Positions 27,066 to 36,123 of a stretch of DNA of 64,000 nucleotides are shown here, in pieces. The position numbers and the translations under genes were made by a program. The notes below the pieces were generated by a model, which had not been told where the DNA came from, did no database searches, and worked only from the letters and a program-made list of their open reading frames with translations. Position 1 is the stretch's first letter. The number at the start of each line of letters is the position of its first letter. The DNA is from a virus: the IMG/VR virus record IMGVR_UViG_3300022937_000008, positions 1-64,000 of that record, one strand, 5' to 3'.

Positions 27066-28193
27066 AATTATATGACCAACGTCAAGTTTGTTAATAGCAG
27101 TTGGTCCTTTCCAGTCGTGTTTCCAATAAACAAAGTCACTATTTGATACTTCACGGTATTGATACCTAGTAGGACAATGATCTAACATAGGTAATCCGTT
27201 GTTAATGAACGCATCTCGAGTAATTGTTTGATGAACGAAGTTAGTTATAGGTCCATCATAGAACTGACACCACGGACCTGTGGCTAATTCTTCCATATCG
27301 ATATTTGTTTTATCGGGCCATTGAATTAAGCGAAGTACTATGTTGCCCCAAGACACCATAATATGATAAGGATTGTCATCTCCCCATACTAATTCGGAAT
27401 GAATTTTAATATCATCGCCTAAAATACTTTTTATTTTCTTAAATAACGCACTCAAGTAACTTCTATGCTTGTCTAAACTTCTACCAATGAAACTTCCGCA
27501 GCGTAATCTAAAATGATTTATGTGCTGGCTACTTAATCTTTGAATTTCTTCAAGAATAAATGGAACTTCATCTAAACTTTCCATTGTATATCCAACATAT
27601 GCGATATAATAGTCTTGTTCTTTTAAATTTTGTATTGCATCTAGCTGTTTGTTATGAACAATTTCGCCTTGATAGTTAGGATGATTAAGTCCAACGCATA
27701 AATGTCGCAATCCTGCCTCATAAACGTTTTTTGTAAATTGTTTTGATGCAAATCTAAGCCCATTAGTAAGCAAACTTATATTAGGATGTTGTAGTTCGCT
27801 TAGTTTAGCACAAAATTCTACAAAATCAGGTCGCAGTGTTGGCTCAGCTCCAGCAATCATAGGAGTACAATCAGCGGGAAATTGTTTTACTCGTTGTAGA
27901 ATCTCATCAATTGGTTTATCTTGAATTTTATTGTCTGGTAAATGGTAACAATGCGGACAATTCAACTGACATCTGTCAGATGCTTCAAACAATATATGTT
28001 TTAGTTCAGGAATGTATCTTCTATGTTCTAAAGAATAATAAAATTCAGGATCTATTTCAACAATACTGTGTTGTTCTCCGTGCTCATGGCATTTTTTATA
28101 CATTTTAATCATGCCTTCGTGTTCATATACTATTGCAGGTATATGTCTATAACACTCATCGCAAAGACTAACTGTATCGTGAATATGCAGCAT
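27060..28193 (-). CDS. radical SAM enzyme with Tes/MJ0619-like N-terminal metal domain
   Basis: TVSLCDEC...KKCHEHG then CQLNCPHC, GAEPT, TNG. Confidence 0.85.
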   Translation of the reverse strand: MLHIHDTVSLCDECYRHIPAIVYEHEGMIKMYKKCHEHGEQHSIVEIDPEFYYSLEHRRYIPELKHILFEASDRCQLNCPHCYHLPDNKIQDKPIDEILQRVKQFPADCTPMIAGAEPTLRPDFVEFCAKLSELQHPNISLLTNGLRFASKQFTKNVYEAGLRHLCVGLNHPNYQGEIVHNKQLDAIQNLKEQDYYIAYVGYTMESLDEVPFILEEIQRLSSQHINHFRLRCGSFIGRSLDKHRSYLSALFKKIKSILGDDIKIHSELVWGDDNPYHIMVSWGNIVLRLIQWPDKTNIDMEELATGPWCQFYDGPITNFVHQTITRDAFINNGLPMLDHCPTRYQYREVSNSDFVYWKHDWKGPTAINKLDVGHIIL

Positions 28194-28204
28194 ACTATTT
28201 TACC

Positions 28205-28951
28205 TTACCCGTGACGTTTTTTTGCAATTTCTTGTTTATCTTCTGGCAGTAAAGTGATATATGGTCCAGGTCCCAGTCTTCTGCCAAATGCTGATGATTT
28301 TTTAGGTGCATTTTTTCCTGATTTAGGAGCCATGATAAACATTCTTTTACTTTTAACATCTATCATATCATAATTTCTATCTTCTAAGAACTTAACTATA
28401 ACATCTACGTCAGCACTTACTTCAAATGCTATCCAAGGACTTTGATTTTCAATAATATTTTTCGCACCTTGTATAACTTGCCATTCATATCCTTGTACAT
28501 CAATTTTTATTAAACTACAATTAGTGATATCTTGATCATCTAGTTTAACAACGTCAACATTATACAAACCTGGAAGTTTTTCTTCACTCCATAACTTACT
28601 ATTTCCACAATTTTTTATTTCGTCATGAAATTCAGAAGTTCCATTAAAGTCACTACACGCATAAGGTCTAATTTCACCTCTACCATTTAGGTTTTTTTCT
28701 AAACATTCTCTATTTCTAATACTAGGTTCAAAAGATAAAACATTTTTAAAGTGAGGTAACATAGGAATGCTCCAAACTCCTACATTTGCACCAACGTCAA
28801 CAAATGTTTCTTTAGATGACATTTCTGATAGACATACATCTCTTTGTTTATTTTCGTATTGAGGATTTTCAGGTGACTTATCAACTTCGATATGCCTAGT
28901 CATTTTAGTATCACCTTCTGGTATGTACCATCCGTTATCTAGTTTTCTCAT
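28205..28951 (-). CDS. FkbM-family methyltransferase
   Basis: VDVGANVG, SFEP, LIKIDVQGYE. Confidence 0.9.
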   Translation of the reverse strand: MRKLDNGWYIPEGDTKMTRHIEVDKSPENPQYENKQRDVCLSEMSSKETFVDVGANVGVWSIPMLPHFKNVLSFEPSIRNRECLEKNLNGRGEIRPYACSDFNGTSEFHDEIKNCGNSKLWSEEKLPGLYNVDVVKLDDQDITNCSLIKIDVQGYEWQVIQGAKNIIENQSPWIAFEVSADVDVIVKFLEDRNYDMIDVKSKRMFIMAPKSGKNAPKKSSAFGRRLGPGPYITLLPEDKQEIAKKRHG

Positions 28952-29871
28952 ATGTATCTCCTAATGAACTGCCAAGCTTCTCCCGACCTTAATTCATCGA
29001 AGTTCCAGTGGCTCATAGATATTTTTTCGACCCAATGCTGTCTTTCAAACATCTTCGGATCTTCTATTCTTTTTAAATTTGTATTGCATACACCATTTAC
29101 TTGACTATATGAAGGATCAGGATCAGTTACAAAAACAGGTACGCCTTCAATTAGACTTGCCACACTAGGAGAACTATTAAAAACTACTGTAGCCCATGCT
29201 GTTGCTAAATCTATTTTAATATTTGGTGCATTAGATAGACTTACATTTTTATGATTTATTCTTAGATATTGTCTAACTTTTTTATCACCGGGATGCGCTC
29301 TAACTACTATAGGACGGTCGGTAAAATTTTTAATAGTTAAAATAGTTTTATCTAACCACTCTTGTACAGGCATTCCCTTCATACTCCAACCGCCATTACG
29401 CTGTAAACATAATAAAATATGTCGACCTGTTTTACGATAATCTTTTAAACTTAAATTTAAATTTTTACTAATTTTTTGCCAGCGTATTGGATCTATATCA
29501 GTATCAAAATAGAATCCTGTATTAGGAAACACTCCGTCAAAACTATATCTTAAATATCTTTTTGTGTTTCCTGGATCTGCATAAAGGAACAAATTACTAT
29601 CTACAATAAGACTACGTTTGCCGACAGCTTTTTGCTTTTCCACAGCATTCTTCCTCAACATTAAATGAGGCGCAGACTTTCCGTGTTCATGAACAAAACC
29701 TTGTATAAATGCAACATCGCAATCAAGCAACGACATTTCTTTATGAGCAATGCCTGTATCTCCAGAAGCATTTACACCTGCAATAAAGTTATCAAGAATT
29801 AGTGGTTTTTCTGGATTATTATTACTAGGCGGAATTCCCCTGTAGTATGCAACTGCTGTTAGATTAGACAT
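28948..29871 (-). CDS. GT-B-like glycosyltransferase, paralog 3
   Basis: VDSN, ILLCLQ, RAHP, VFNSS, GVPVF, R..W..SHWNFDEL.SG. Confidence 0.65.
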   Translation of the reverse strand: MSNLTAVAYYRGIPPSNNNPEKPLILDNFIAGVNASGDTGIAHKEMSLLDCDVAFIQGFVHEHGKSAPHLMLRKNAVEKQKAVGKRSLIVDSNLFLYADPGNTKRYLRYSFDGVFPNTGFYFDTDIDPIRWQKISKNLNLSLKDYRKTGRHILLCLQRNGGWSMKGMPVQEWLDKTILTIKNFTDRPIVVRAHPGDKKVRQYLRINHKNVSLSNAPNIKIDLATAWATVVFNSSPSVASLIEGVPVFVTDPDPSYSQVNGVCNTNLKRIEDPKMFERQHWVEKISMSHWNFDELRSGEAWQFIRRYI

Positions 29872-30967
29872 GATATTTCTTCACTAATTTAATTGCAGTT
29901 CCGCTAAGTAATTCTTCTTTTGTAAACTGAGAATAACTTAACATACATAACCAGCTTCCTAAGTTTCCGTAGAACAAGTCATTAACTTCAGAAAGTTTAC
30001 TTTTTGTTACAGGATTAGTTATATGTCTATCTAAAGTAATAGCAGGTATACCAGCCCATATTGATTCAGTTGCTGCATTAGAATTAATACTTACTACACA
30101 GTAATAATTGTCATCAAGCAATTCTTGATGTAAATTAGTTCTTTCACGTTTAGGTGCTTTTTCTCTAAATTTAATTTTTTTATCTGTATATTGTCTTAAT
30201 TCTTTTTCAACATCGTACTTCCATGTTTTAAGGTCACAATGAAATATACTTGCTGCAAAAGGACCGGGTTCGATAACATAAATTATGTCGCCATCTTTTC
30301 TCCATGGCTTAGGAAATTCTTTAAAATTTCCTAATCTATCTGCAGGTGCATCAAAAAACTTGCCGTAGTGTAAATGATTTCTAACTATTCTATGCCATTT
30401 TTTATTTGGTTCTGTAAAGTTTGTATAACCACTATCAATGAACCACATAGGATAGTTTTTATCGATCTTAGTAACTAGTAATTCTTCATTACCTACAGTA
30501 TTTCTAATTAAACAATCTTCTTCATAGTTATTGAATTCTTTTCTGCGAACCATTTGTGCAGAACGATCAATAGTTAGTCCGGTACCTTTTACAAAGTTTT
30601 TATATTTAGATTTTTTATATAAAGAAAGCAATTCATCTTTGCCTATCTTTTTTATAAAATATTCAATGTTTTTATGAATCTTATCAAAATATGCTGCATA
30701 TACATTATGCTTCTCTGCATTAATGATACTGATCCATTCATCTAAATCTCTTCTTACGGCTTTAAACAGTTTATCCTTAAATTTTTTCTTTTCTTCATCT
30801 TTAAGTTCTCTGTCAGGATCAGACCATTTAGATTTTTTACTTAACCAGTCGTTGACATACATCGCGAGCCACTTTTCATTAAAAGGAATTTCGTGTAGCT
30901 CTTTCGGAACAGGCATACAGGATAATAAAAAATTTGCAAGTTCCTTGTCATTGATTAATAATTTCAT
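29864..30967 (-). CDS. GT-B-like glycosyltransferase, paralog 4
   Basis: IDSGY, WHRIV, REK, INSNAA, GIPA, LSYSQFT.EEL.SG. Confidence 0.65.
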   Translation of the reverse strand: MKLLINDKELANFLLSCMPVPKELHEIPFNEKWLAMYVNDWLSKKSKWSDPDRELKDEEKKKFKDKLFKAVRRDLDEWISIINAEKHNVYAAYFDKIHKNIEYFIKKIGKDELLSLYKKSKYKNFVKGTGLTIDRSAQMVRRKEFNNYEEDCLIRNTVGNEELLVTKIDKNYPMWFIDSGYTNFTEPNKKWHRIVRNHLHYGKFFDAPADRLGNFKEFPKPWRKDGDIIYVIEPGPFAASIFHCDLKTWKYDVEKELRQYTDKKIKFREKAPKRERTNLHQELLDDNYYCVVSINSNAATESIWAGIPAITLDRHITNPVTKSKLSEVNDLFYGNLGSWLCMLSYSQFTKEELLSGTAIKLVKKYHV

Positions 30968-31746
30968 TGGTACCTCTCTACTAGTTTATATGCCTTGCCA
31001 TCTAGTATTTCAGGAACTGTAAATTGACTATATGCAAGTGAATGACAATGTGTAAGTATTGTATCTAAATTAGGTTTGTATGGATTAGAAAGTTGGCTTA
31101 AATCACTACTGGATAACGGGCCGCCTGCACTAGGAACTGATACAAATGCGGGAACACCGTACAATACAGATTCTAATGCTGCCATACTATTCATTGCCAC
31201 CGTAGCATAAACACCACTATCAAATGCATCATATATAGAATATTCTTTGTTTCGATATTGTCTACTACCTTTAATTCTAACTTCAATAGGTAAATCGCAA
31301 TATTTTTTAATTTGTTTTTTAGTTTTTTGTACCCATCCATTATAATCAATATTATACCAAATACACGCTTTAGGATTAGGCATTACTAATAGTATTTTTT
31401 TATCGTAGTTTTTCCAACCCTTCCATTCTAAGCGAGGATCATCTTTGACCATTTGATTCCATCTATCTGAAGGTACACCTGGAATAAGTTTTGAAAGTTG
31501 GTTTTCGTTTTTAACAACTCTATGCCATTTCTTTTGTCCTTTGCCATTGCCAGGACTAGGAAAGTTTCCAAAGTATCCTGTATCGATATACCAATAATCT
31601 CTACCTATAGCGATACAGCGATTAGCGTGATCTTTTTTGATTACTCCTCTAATAACTTGAGGCTTAGTTGTATCTTGGCTATCGAGAGTAAGCCTGCCTT
31701 TGCTTCCTCTAACAAGACACTCTTCTAATGAGATGTTTTCATCCAT
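30964..31746 (-). CDS. GT-B-like glycosyltransferase, paralog 5
   Basis: IDTGYF, WHRVVKN, NSMAA, GVPAF, LAYSQFT..EI..G. Confidence 0.65.
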   Translation of the reverse strand: MDENISLEECLVRGSKGRLTLDSQDTTKPQVIRGVIKKDHANRCIAIGRDYWYIDTGYFGNFPSPGNGKGQKKWHRVVKNENQLSKLIPGVPSDRWNQMVKDDPRLEWKGWKNYDKKILLVMPNPKACIWYNIDYNGWVQKTKKQIKKYCDLPIEVRIKGSRQYRNKEYSIYDAFDSGVYATVAMNSMAALESVLYGVPAFVSVPSAGGPLSSSDLSQLSNPYKPNLDTILTHCHSLAYSQFTVPEILDGKAYKLVERYQ

Positions 31747-32419
31747 TCATCATTTCCTGTAATTCAGTTTTCCATAAATCTGAAAATTCACAATATCTAT
31801 AGTTTTCAAACCAAGGACCGCCTTCTGTGTAGTGTATTAGTTTAGGAGTTTCAATATCATTGTATACGCCAACAAGATAATTCCATGTATGATTTAGTTC
31901 ACCAATTTCTTCATCTTTTAACCAACTAAATCTATGAAGATATTTTCCTGTTGTTTTTTCATCATTTACTAAATCTGTTGTTACTATCTTATTGCTTGGA
32001 TGTCCGCAGTTCCATAATACAACACTCGACCAGTTCTTTCGTGGATACACAGTTTGTTTTTGTCCATCCATCTTAAATCCTTCTTCAACTTTGTAATCGT
32101 GTTGTACACACATAACTGCATATTTGTCATCTGCTTGATCAAACAATTCTTTAATGTCTGTTGTAAGAATCATATCACAATCCATAAACAATGCCCACCC
32201 ATTAAAGTTAGCAAGTTCTGGAATAAGAAATCTAGTGAATGTAAATTCTGTTGATGCTAGTTTATCAACAGGGCGGGTATACCATCCTGCTTCTCTTAAT
32301 TCGTTTTGTTTTAGCGGGTGTACTTCCGCATTAGGTTGTCTGCTTACAATACTGTGTTTGCATACCTGGTACGCAATATCTTCTCTAGTATCGTAGCCGA
32401 CATATACTTTTAGTTCCAT
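31739..32419 (-). CDS. GT8-like glycosyltransferase (CDI-like)
   Basis: VYVGYD.RE, STEFTFTRF, FMDCDM, YPRKNWSS, WN.LVG, IHYTEGGPW; GGAGG SD gives start 32419. Confidence 0.85.
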   Translation of the reverse strand: MELKVYVGYDTREDIAYQVCKHSIVSRQPNAEVHPLKQNELREAGWYTRPVDKLASTEFTFTRFLIPELANFNGWALFMDCDMILTTDIKELFDQADDKYAVMCVQHDYKVEEGFKMDGQKQTVYPRKNWSSVVLWNCGHPSNKIVTTDLVNDEKTTGKYLHRFSWLKDEEIGELNHTWNYLVGVYNDIETPKLIHYTEGGPWFENYRYCEFSDLWKTELQEMMNG

Positions 32420-33216
32420 TGTTCCTCCAACATCCTTTTGGCTTTGCCGGTTCTTAGTTCGCTTACATGGTATTGACCATATGATAGATGGCAACCCCAT
32501 TTAAATACTTCATCCGTGTCCGGATAATATGGTGTTTCTATTTTAGTTATGTCATTACAACCGATCGCAGCAGCAGCACTAGTAGGTGCTAAAGGAAACA
32601 CCGGTATACCATGAAATACAGCTTCGACTGCTGCATTACTGTTATACGTAACTAAAGCAAATACATCCTTGTTTAATGCTTCTTCTAACGTATCAGTTAA
32701 ACGATTAATTCTTAACTTATCTCTTTGCCTAACTTCGATTGGTCTGTCTGTATAACTCTTTAATGTGTTAACAGTTTTTGAAATCCAATCATCTAAATCC
32801 TGTCCGTAAAATTTCATAGGCTTTTCGTCAGGTGCAGCAATTAAAATTTTTCTGCCTCCCTTTTTCATTTTATTAATCTTTTTGTTAAACTGTTTAAATC
32901 TATCACTCGGCCTATCAATAATTTTTGAATGTTGAAGATCATTCTTTACAATTCTGTGCCAGTATTTCCATCCGTTAGGATTAGTAACCGAAGGTTCATT
33001 TCCAAAATATCCTGTGTCCATAAAGTAAAAGTTTCGATTGTCTTCCCAGCATCGATGTATAACTTTTTTCTTTAAAATTCCTCTTAAAACAATAGGATCT
33101 TCAGAAGCATCGTAATCAAAATCTGCACTGTCGATAGGATCTACTTTACATCCTCTGGCAAATTCGTTAATGTACGGGTCTTCTAATCCTTTGCTTAAAA
33201 AAATCCAATTACTCAT
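32410..33216 (-). CDS. GT-B-like glycosyltransferase, paralog 6
   Basis: MDTGYF, WHRIVKN, YNSNAA, GIPVF, LSYGQY..EL..G. Confidence 0.65.
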   Translation of the reverse strand: MSNWIFLSKGLEDPYINEFARGCKVDPIDSADFDYDASEDPIVLRGILKKKVIHRCWEDNRNFYFMDTGYFGNEPSVTNPNGWKYWHRIVKNDLQHSKIIDRPSDRFKQFNKKINKMKKGGRKILIAAPDEKPMKFYGQDLDDWISKTVNTLKSYTDRPIEVRQRDKLRINRLTDTLEEALNKDVFALVTYNSNAAVEAVFHGIPVFPLAPTSAAAAIGCNDITKIETPYYPDTDEVFKWGCHLSYGQYHVSELRTGKAKRMLEEQWN

Positions 33217-33986
33217 TTTCTCTCAATATCTTCCTCGACACAATCTTCCCCGTATTGTATTTCAACAATACGTAATGGTGTATCGTGTTCGTTTGATAGT
33301 TGATGCCATTCGTTTACTGGAATATGTAAACTTTGGTGTTGTTCAAAAACACCTCTTAATTCATAATCGGTTGCTCGATTAATTGTGTAAACTGTTGCCG
33401 TTCCTTCCGCTACAAACCAGTGTTCACTACGCTTTTGATGTCTTTGCATAGATAACCTTTTACCTGGTTCTACAGTTAATTCTTTTACTTTGGTATGACT
33501 ACCGTACTCATGAATCACTCTATAGTAACCCCATTCTCTTTTTGTTTTTGGTGCTTTCCATTCTTCAAGTATCCAACTACTCGAATTCATTTTGTTCTCA
33601 CCACCAACACCAAATTTAAATCTTACATTTGGCTGGTCTTTGTAAAACTCCATTTCTGGAATATTTTCTGATGTTCGATCTCCACCGTTTGCAAAAATAA
33701 TTTGGGTATTTGAAGATGTTGTTGCCATTGTTTTGTATATAGCGCCAGTAGCACTACCGTCACTGTCGTCAAATGAAATAACTTTGTCTACTACACTTAA
33801 TTCTTTTATAATAGCGACTCTTTCTGCCATAGGCATAAAAGGACGACCTTTTTTATTAGTAAGCCATTCATCAGAATTTAAACCTACCCAAAGTTCGTCA
33901 CCTAGTTTCTTCGCTGCTTTAAAATATTCGATATGCCCTGAATGTAATGGATCAAAACCTCCAGTAACTAATACAATTGTTTTCAT
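33213..33986 (-). CDS. cytidylyltransferase / mannose-6-phosphate-isomerase-type cupin fusion
   Basis: TGGFDPLHSGH, NGGDR, SSS; then REWG, LSMQRH..RSEHW, EIQYG..EEDIER. Confidence 0.9.
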   Translation of the reverse strand: MKTIVLVTGGFDPLHSGHIEYFKAAKKLGDELWVGLNSDEWLTNKKGRPFMPMAERVAIIKELSVVDKVISFDDSDGSATGAIYKTMATTSSNTQIIFANGGDRTSENIPEMEFYKDQPNVRFKFGVGGENKMNSSSWILEEWKAPKTKREWGYYRVIHEYGSHTKVKELTVEPGKRLSMQRHQKRSEHWFVAEGTATVYTINRATDYELRGVFEQHQSLHIPVNEWHQLSNEHDTPLRIVEIQYGEDCVEEDIERK

Positions 33987-34063
33987 GTTATAACCTTTGA
34001 AATGCTAGTAATATTTATGTGCGTAGTTAATGCGATAAATATTAAAATGGCAGGAAATTTCAA

Positions 34064-34513
34064 ATGAAAATATTAATATGCGGGTTACCCGGAAGTGGAA
34101 AAACAACTTTGGCAAAACCATTTGCTGAATTAATAGGCGGAATACACATTAATGCTGATCAAGTTAGAGAGCATTATAAAGATTGGGATTTTAGTTTGGA
34201 AGGTAGAATTAGGCAAGCACAACGTATGCGTCATTTAGCAGATGGCATTGTTATGGCAGGTAAAATTGCTGTTGCAGATTTTGTTTGTCCTACGAAAGAT
34301 GCAAGATCAGAGTTTGATGCAGATTATACAATCTGGATGGATACTATCAAAGAAGGTCGATATGATGATACTAATAAAATGTTTGTTCCATTAGAGAAAG
34401 GTGAATACAACTATCATGTTTCTCAATGGTTCGATGATACTCATCAACAACTATTAAAAGTAGTAACTAACTACATTAATAACAAAAATGGAAAACATAC
34501 AGAGAGGTTATAA
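34064..34513 (+). CDS. cysC: adenylyl-sulfate kinase-like P-loop kinase
   Basis: GLPGSGKTT, NADQVR, DFS.EGR.RQ, DFVCP. Confidence 0.75.
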   Translation: MKILICGLPGSGKTTLAKPFAELIGGIHINADQVREHYKDWDFSLEGRIRQAQRMRHLADGIVMAGKIAVADFVCPTKDARSEFDADYTIWMDTIKEGRYDDTNKMFVPLEKGEYNYHVSQWFDDTHQQLLKVVTNYINNKNGKHTERL

Positions 34514-34902
34514 TGTTTGATTTAAAAAAGCCTACAGTGCAGTTATTAGGAAGATGGCAGCCTTGGCATAAAGGACACACTGAATTATTTAGAAAGGCTC
34601 TAGCAAAAACAGGCCAAGTTTGTGTAATGGTCAGAGATGTACACGGTGTTGATGCTGGTATGGGAAATGATGACAATCCGTTCGAACATACCGAAGTTGT
34701 AATTAATATTCAAGCCGCATTACTTGCAGAAGGATATACACACGGTGTAGAATATATTCTAGTTCAAGTACCAAATATAGTTGATATTAGTTATGGAAGA
34801 GGAGTAGGTTATACATTTACTCAACACGATTTAGGTGAAGACATACATAATATCAGCGCAACAGACATACGTGCAGAAATGAGGTCTCAAGGCAAACTTT
34901 AA
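34513..34902 (+). CDS. HxGH nucleotidyltransferase (cytidylyltransferase-like)
   Basis: GRWQPWHKGH, DNPF, ISATDIR. Confidence 0.8.
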   Translation: MFDLKKPTVQLLGRWQPWHKGHTELFRKALAKTGQVCVMVRDVHGVDAGMGNDDNPFEHTEVVINIQAALLAEGYTHGVEYILVQVPNIVDISYGRGVGYTFTQHDLGEDIHNISATDIRAEMRSQGKL

Positions 34903-35435
34903 TGGCAATACTTGTTAAAGAACCTAAAAGATTCACATACATACACATTCCTAAAACTGCTGGTACAAGTGTTACAAATGCGTTATTATCTATAGGTGGT
35001 GAACTAATTGGACGTAAACATTCTCCTAGATCTGTATTAAAAGAAGATTTAGGTTTTGTATTCACTATAGTTAGAAACCCGTGGGAAAGAATTGTTAGTG
35101 GTTGGACGCACGATAAAAAAGCATCATGGCGTAGCAAATATCCAATGCTAGAAAAAGAGTTTAACGATGGTATATATGAATATTTGGAAGTAAGAAAAAC
35201 TTTAAAACATTCACAATTAAATTATATCAATAAAGATGATATGATTTTAAGATACGAAAATCTAAATGAAGATTGGCATCATCTACGAAATATCTTATTT
35301 GTTGAGATGCCAGACCTTCCTAGATTAGAAGTAGGATCACATAATCATTATAGAGATTATTATAATCAAAAAACTAAAGATTATGTTTACCAAAAATATA
35401 AAATTGAAATTGATACTTTAGGGTATGAATTTTAA
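34902..35435 (+). CDS. sulfotransferase (Sulfotransfer_2 family)
   Basis: 5'PSB YIHIPKTAGTS, 3'PB VRNPWERIVS, RYENL, C-terminal GYEF. Confidence 0.88.
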   Translation: MAILVKEPKRFTYIHIPKTAGTSVTNALLSIGGELIGRKHSPRSVLKEDLGFVFTIVRNPWERIVSGWTHDKKASWRSKYPMLEKEFNDGIYEYLEVRKTLKHSQLNYINKDDMILRYENLNEDWHHLRNILFVEMPDLPRLEVGSHNHYRDYYNQKTKDYVYQKYKIEIDTLGYEF

Positions 35436-35896
35436 AGTGTTGCATCATCAAGGCCTGCTGTTCTTAACTTAACAATGTTTGATAACTGCCATTGTTTAAT
35501 GTCTAAGCCTTTAATAATACCTAACCACTTATTTCTTAACAAAGCAAATTCGTTGATAATTTTTTCAAAATCAACAACATCGGCTTCGCCGTCTACGAAC
35601 TTCTCAGCATCTCTAGAACTTAATGCACGTTGATAGTTTTCAACATACTTTCTAAAGTGAGTAGAACGTAGTCGACGTAGCTCAATATTTAAATATTCAA
35701 GAATTGCTTCTATTTCTTGTAGTTGATTAAAACGAGTTTCAACAATAGCAGGCATTGTTGCAGAAGCTGTTTCAATTCTGCCTTTGATGCCTGTTTCTTT
35801 TTTTGCTTCTAATAGTTCCGATTCGTAATAAGCTACTGCGTCAGGAATATTAGAAATGTTCTTAGATACTTTATCGTACCAATTCATTAGTCCCAC
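35432..35896 (-). CDS. uvsY: UvsY-like recombination mediator
   Basis: Helical ~150 aa, KFVDGE..V, KGLDIKQWQL; next to uvsX. Confidence 0.75.
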   Translation of the reverse strand: MGLMNWYDKVSKNISNIPDAVAYYESELLEAKKETGIKGRIETASATMPAIVETRFNQLQEIEAILEYLNIELRRLRSTHFRKYVENYQRALSSRDAEKFVDGEADVVDFEKIINEFALLRNKWLGIIKGLDIKQWQLSNIVKLRTAGLDDATL

Positions 35897-36123
35897 TCGT
35901 CATTATCATCAGGTTCATCATATGAGTCTTCATCGATAACATATTCAACTGCTTCGTCGAGATATGTGTCAATGCCAAATAACCCCTCAATAACTTGTTC
36001 GCTCACACCATAGTCTAACAGTGTATTAATATACTCTTTTGCTAAATCACGTTTTTTGTTTTCAGCAATATGTTCAGACATCATGTTCCAAATATCAGCG
36101 ATTAAATCTTGATTCATATTCAT
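35887..36123 (-). CDS. acidic hypothetical protein
   Basis: Lies between uvsX and uvsY. Confidence 0.7.
   Translation of the reverse strand: MNMNQDLIADIWNMMSEHIAENKKRDLAKEYINTLLDYGVSEQVIEGLFGIDTYLDEAVEYVIDEDSYDEPDDNDEWD

Noticed and set aside
27060-28193. Radical SAM enzyme as the PqqE partner of the phage PqqA
   Set aside because: No recognisable SPASM cysteine pattern, a Tes-like N-terminus instead, 11 kb from pqqA, and no pqqD nearby
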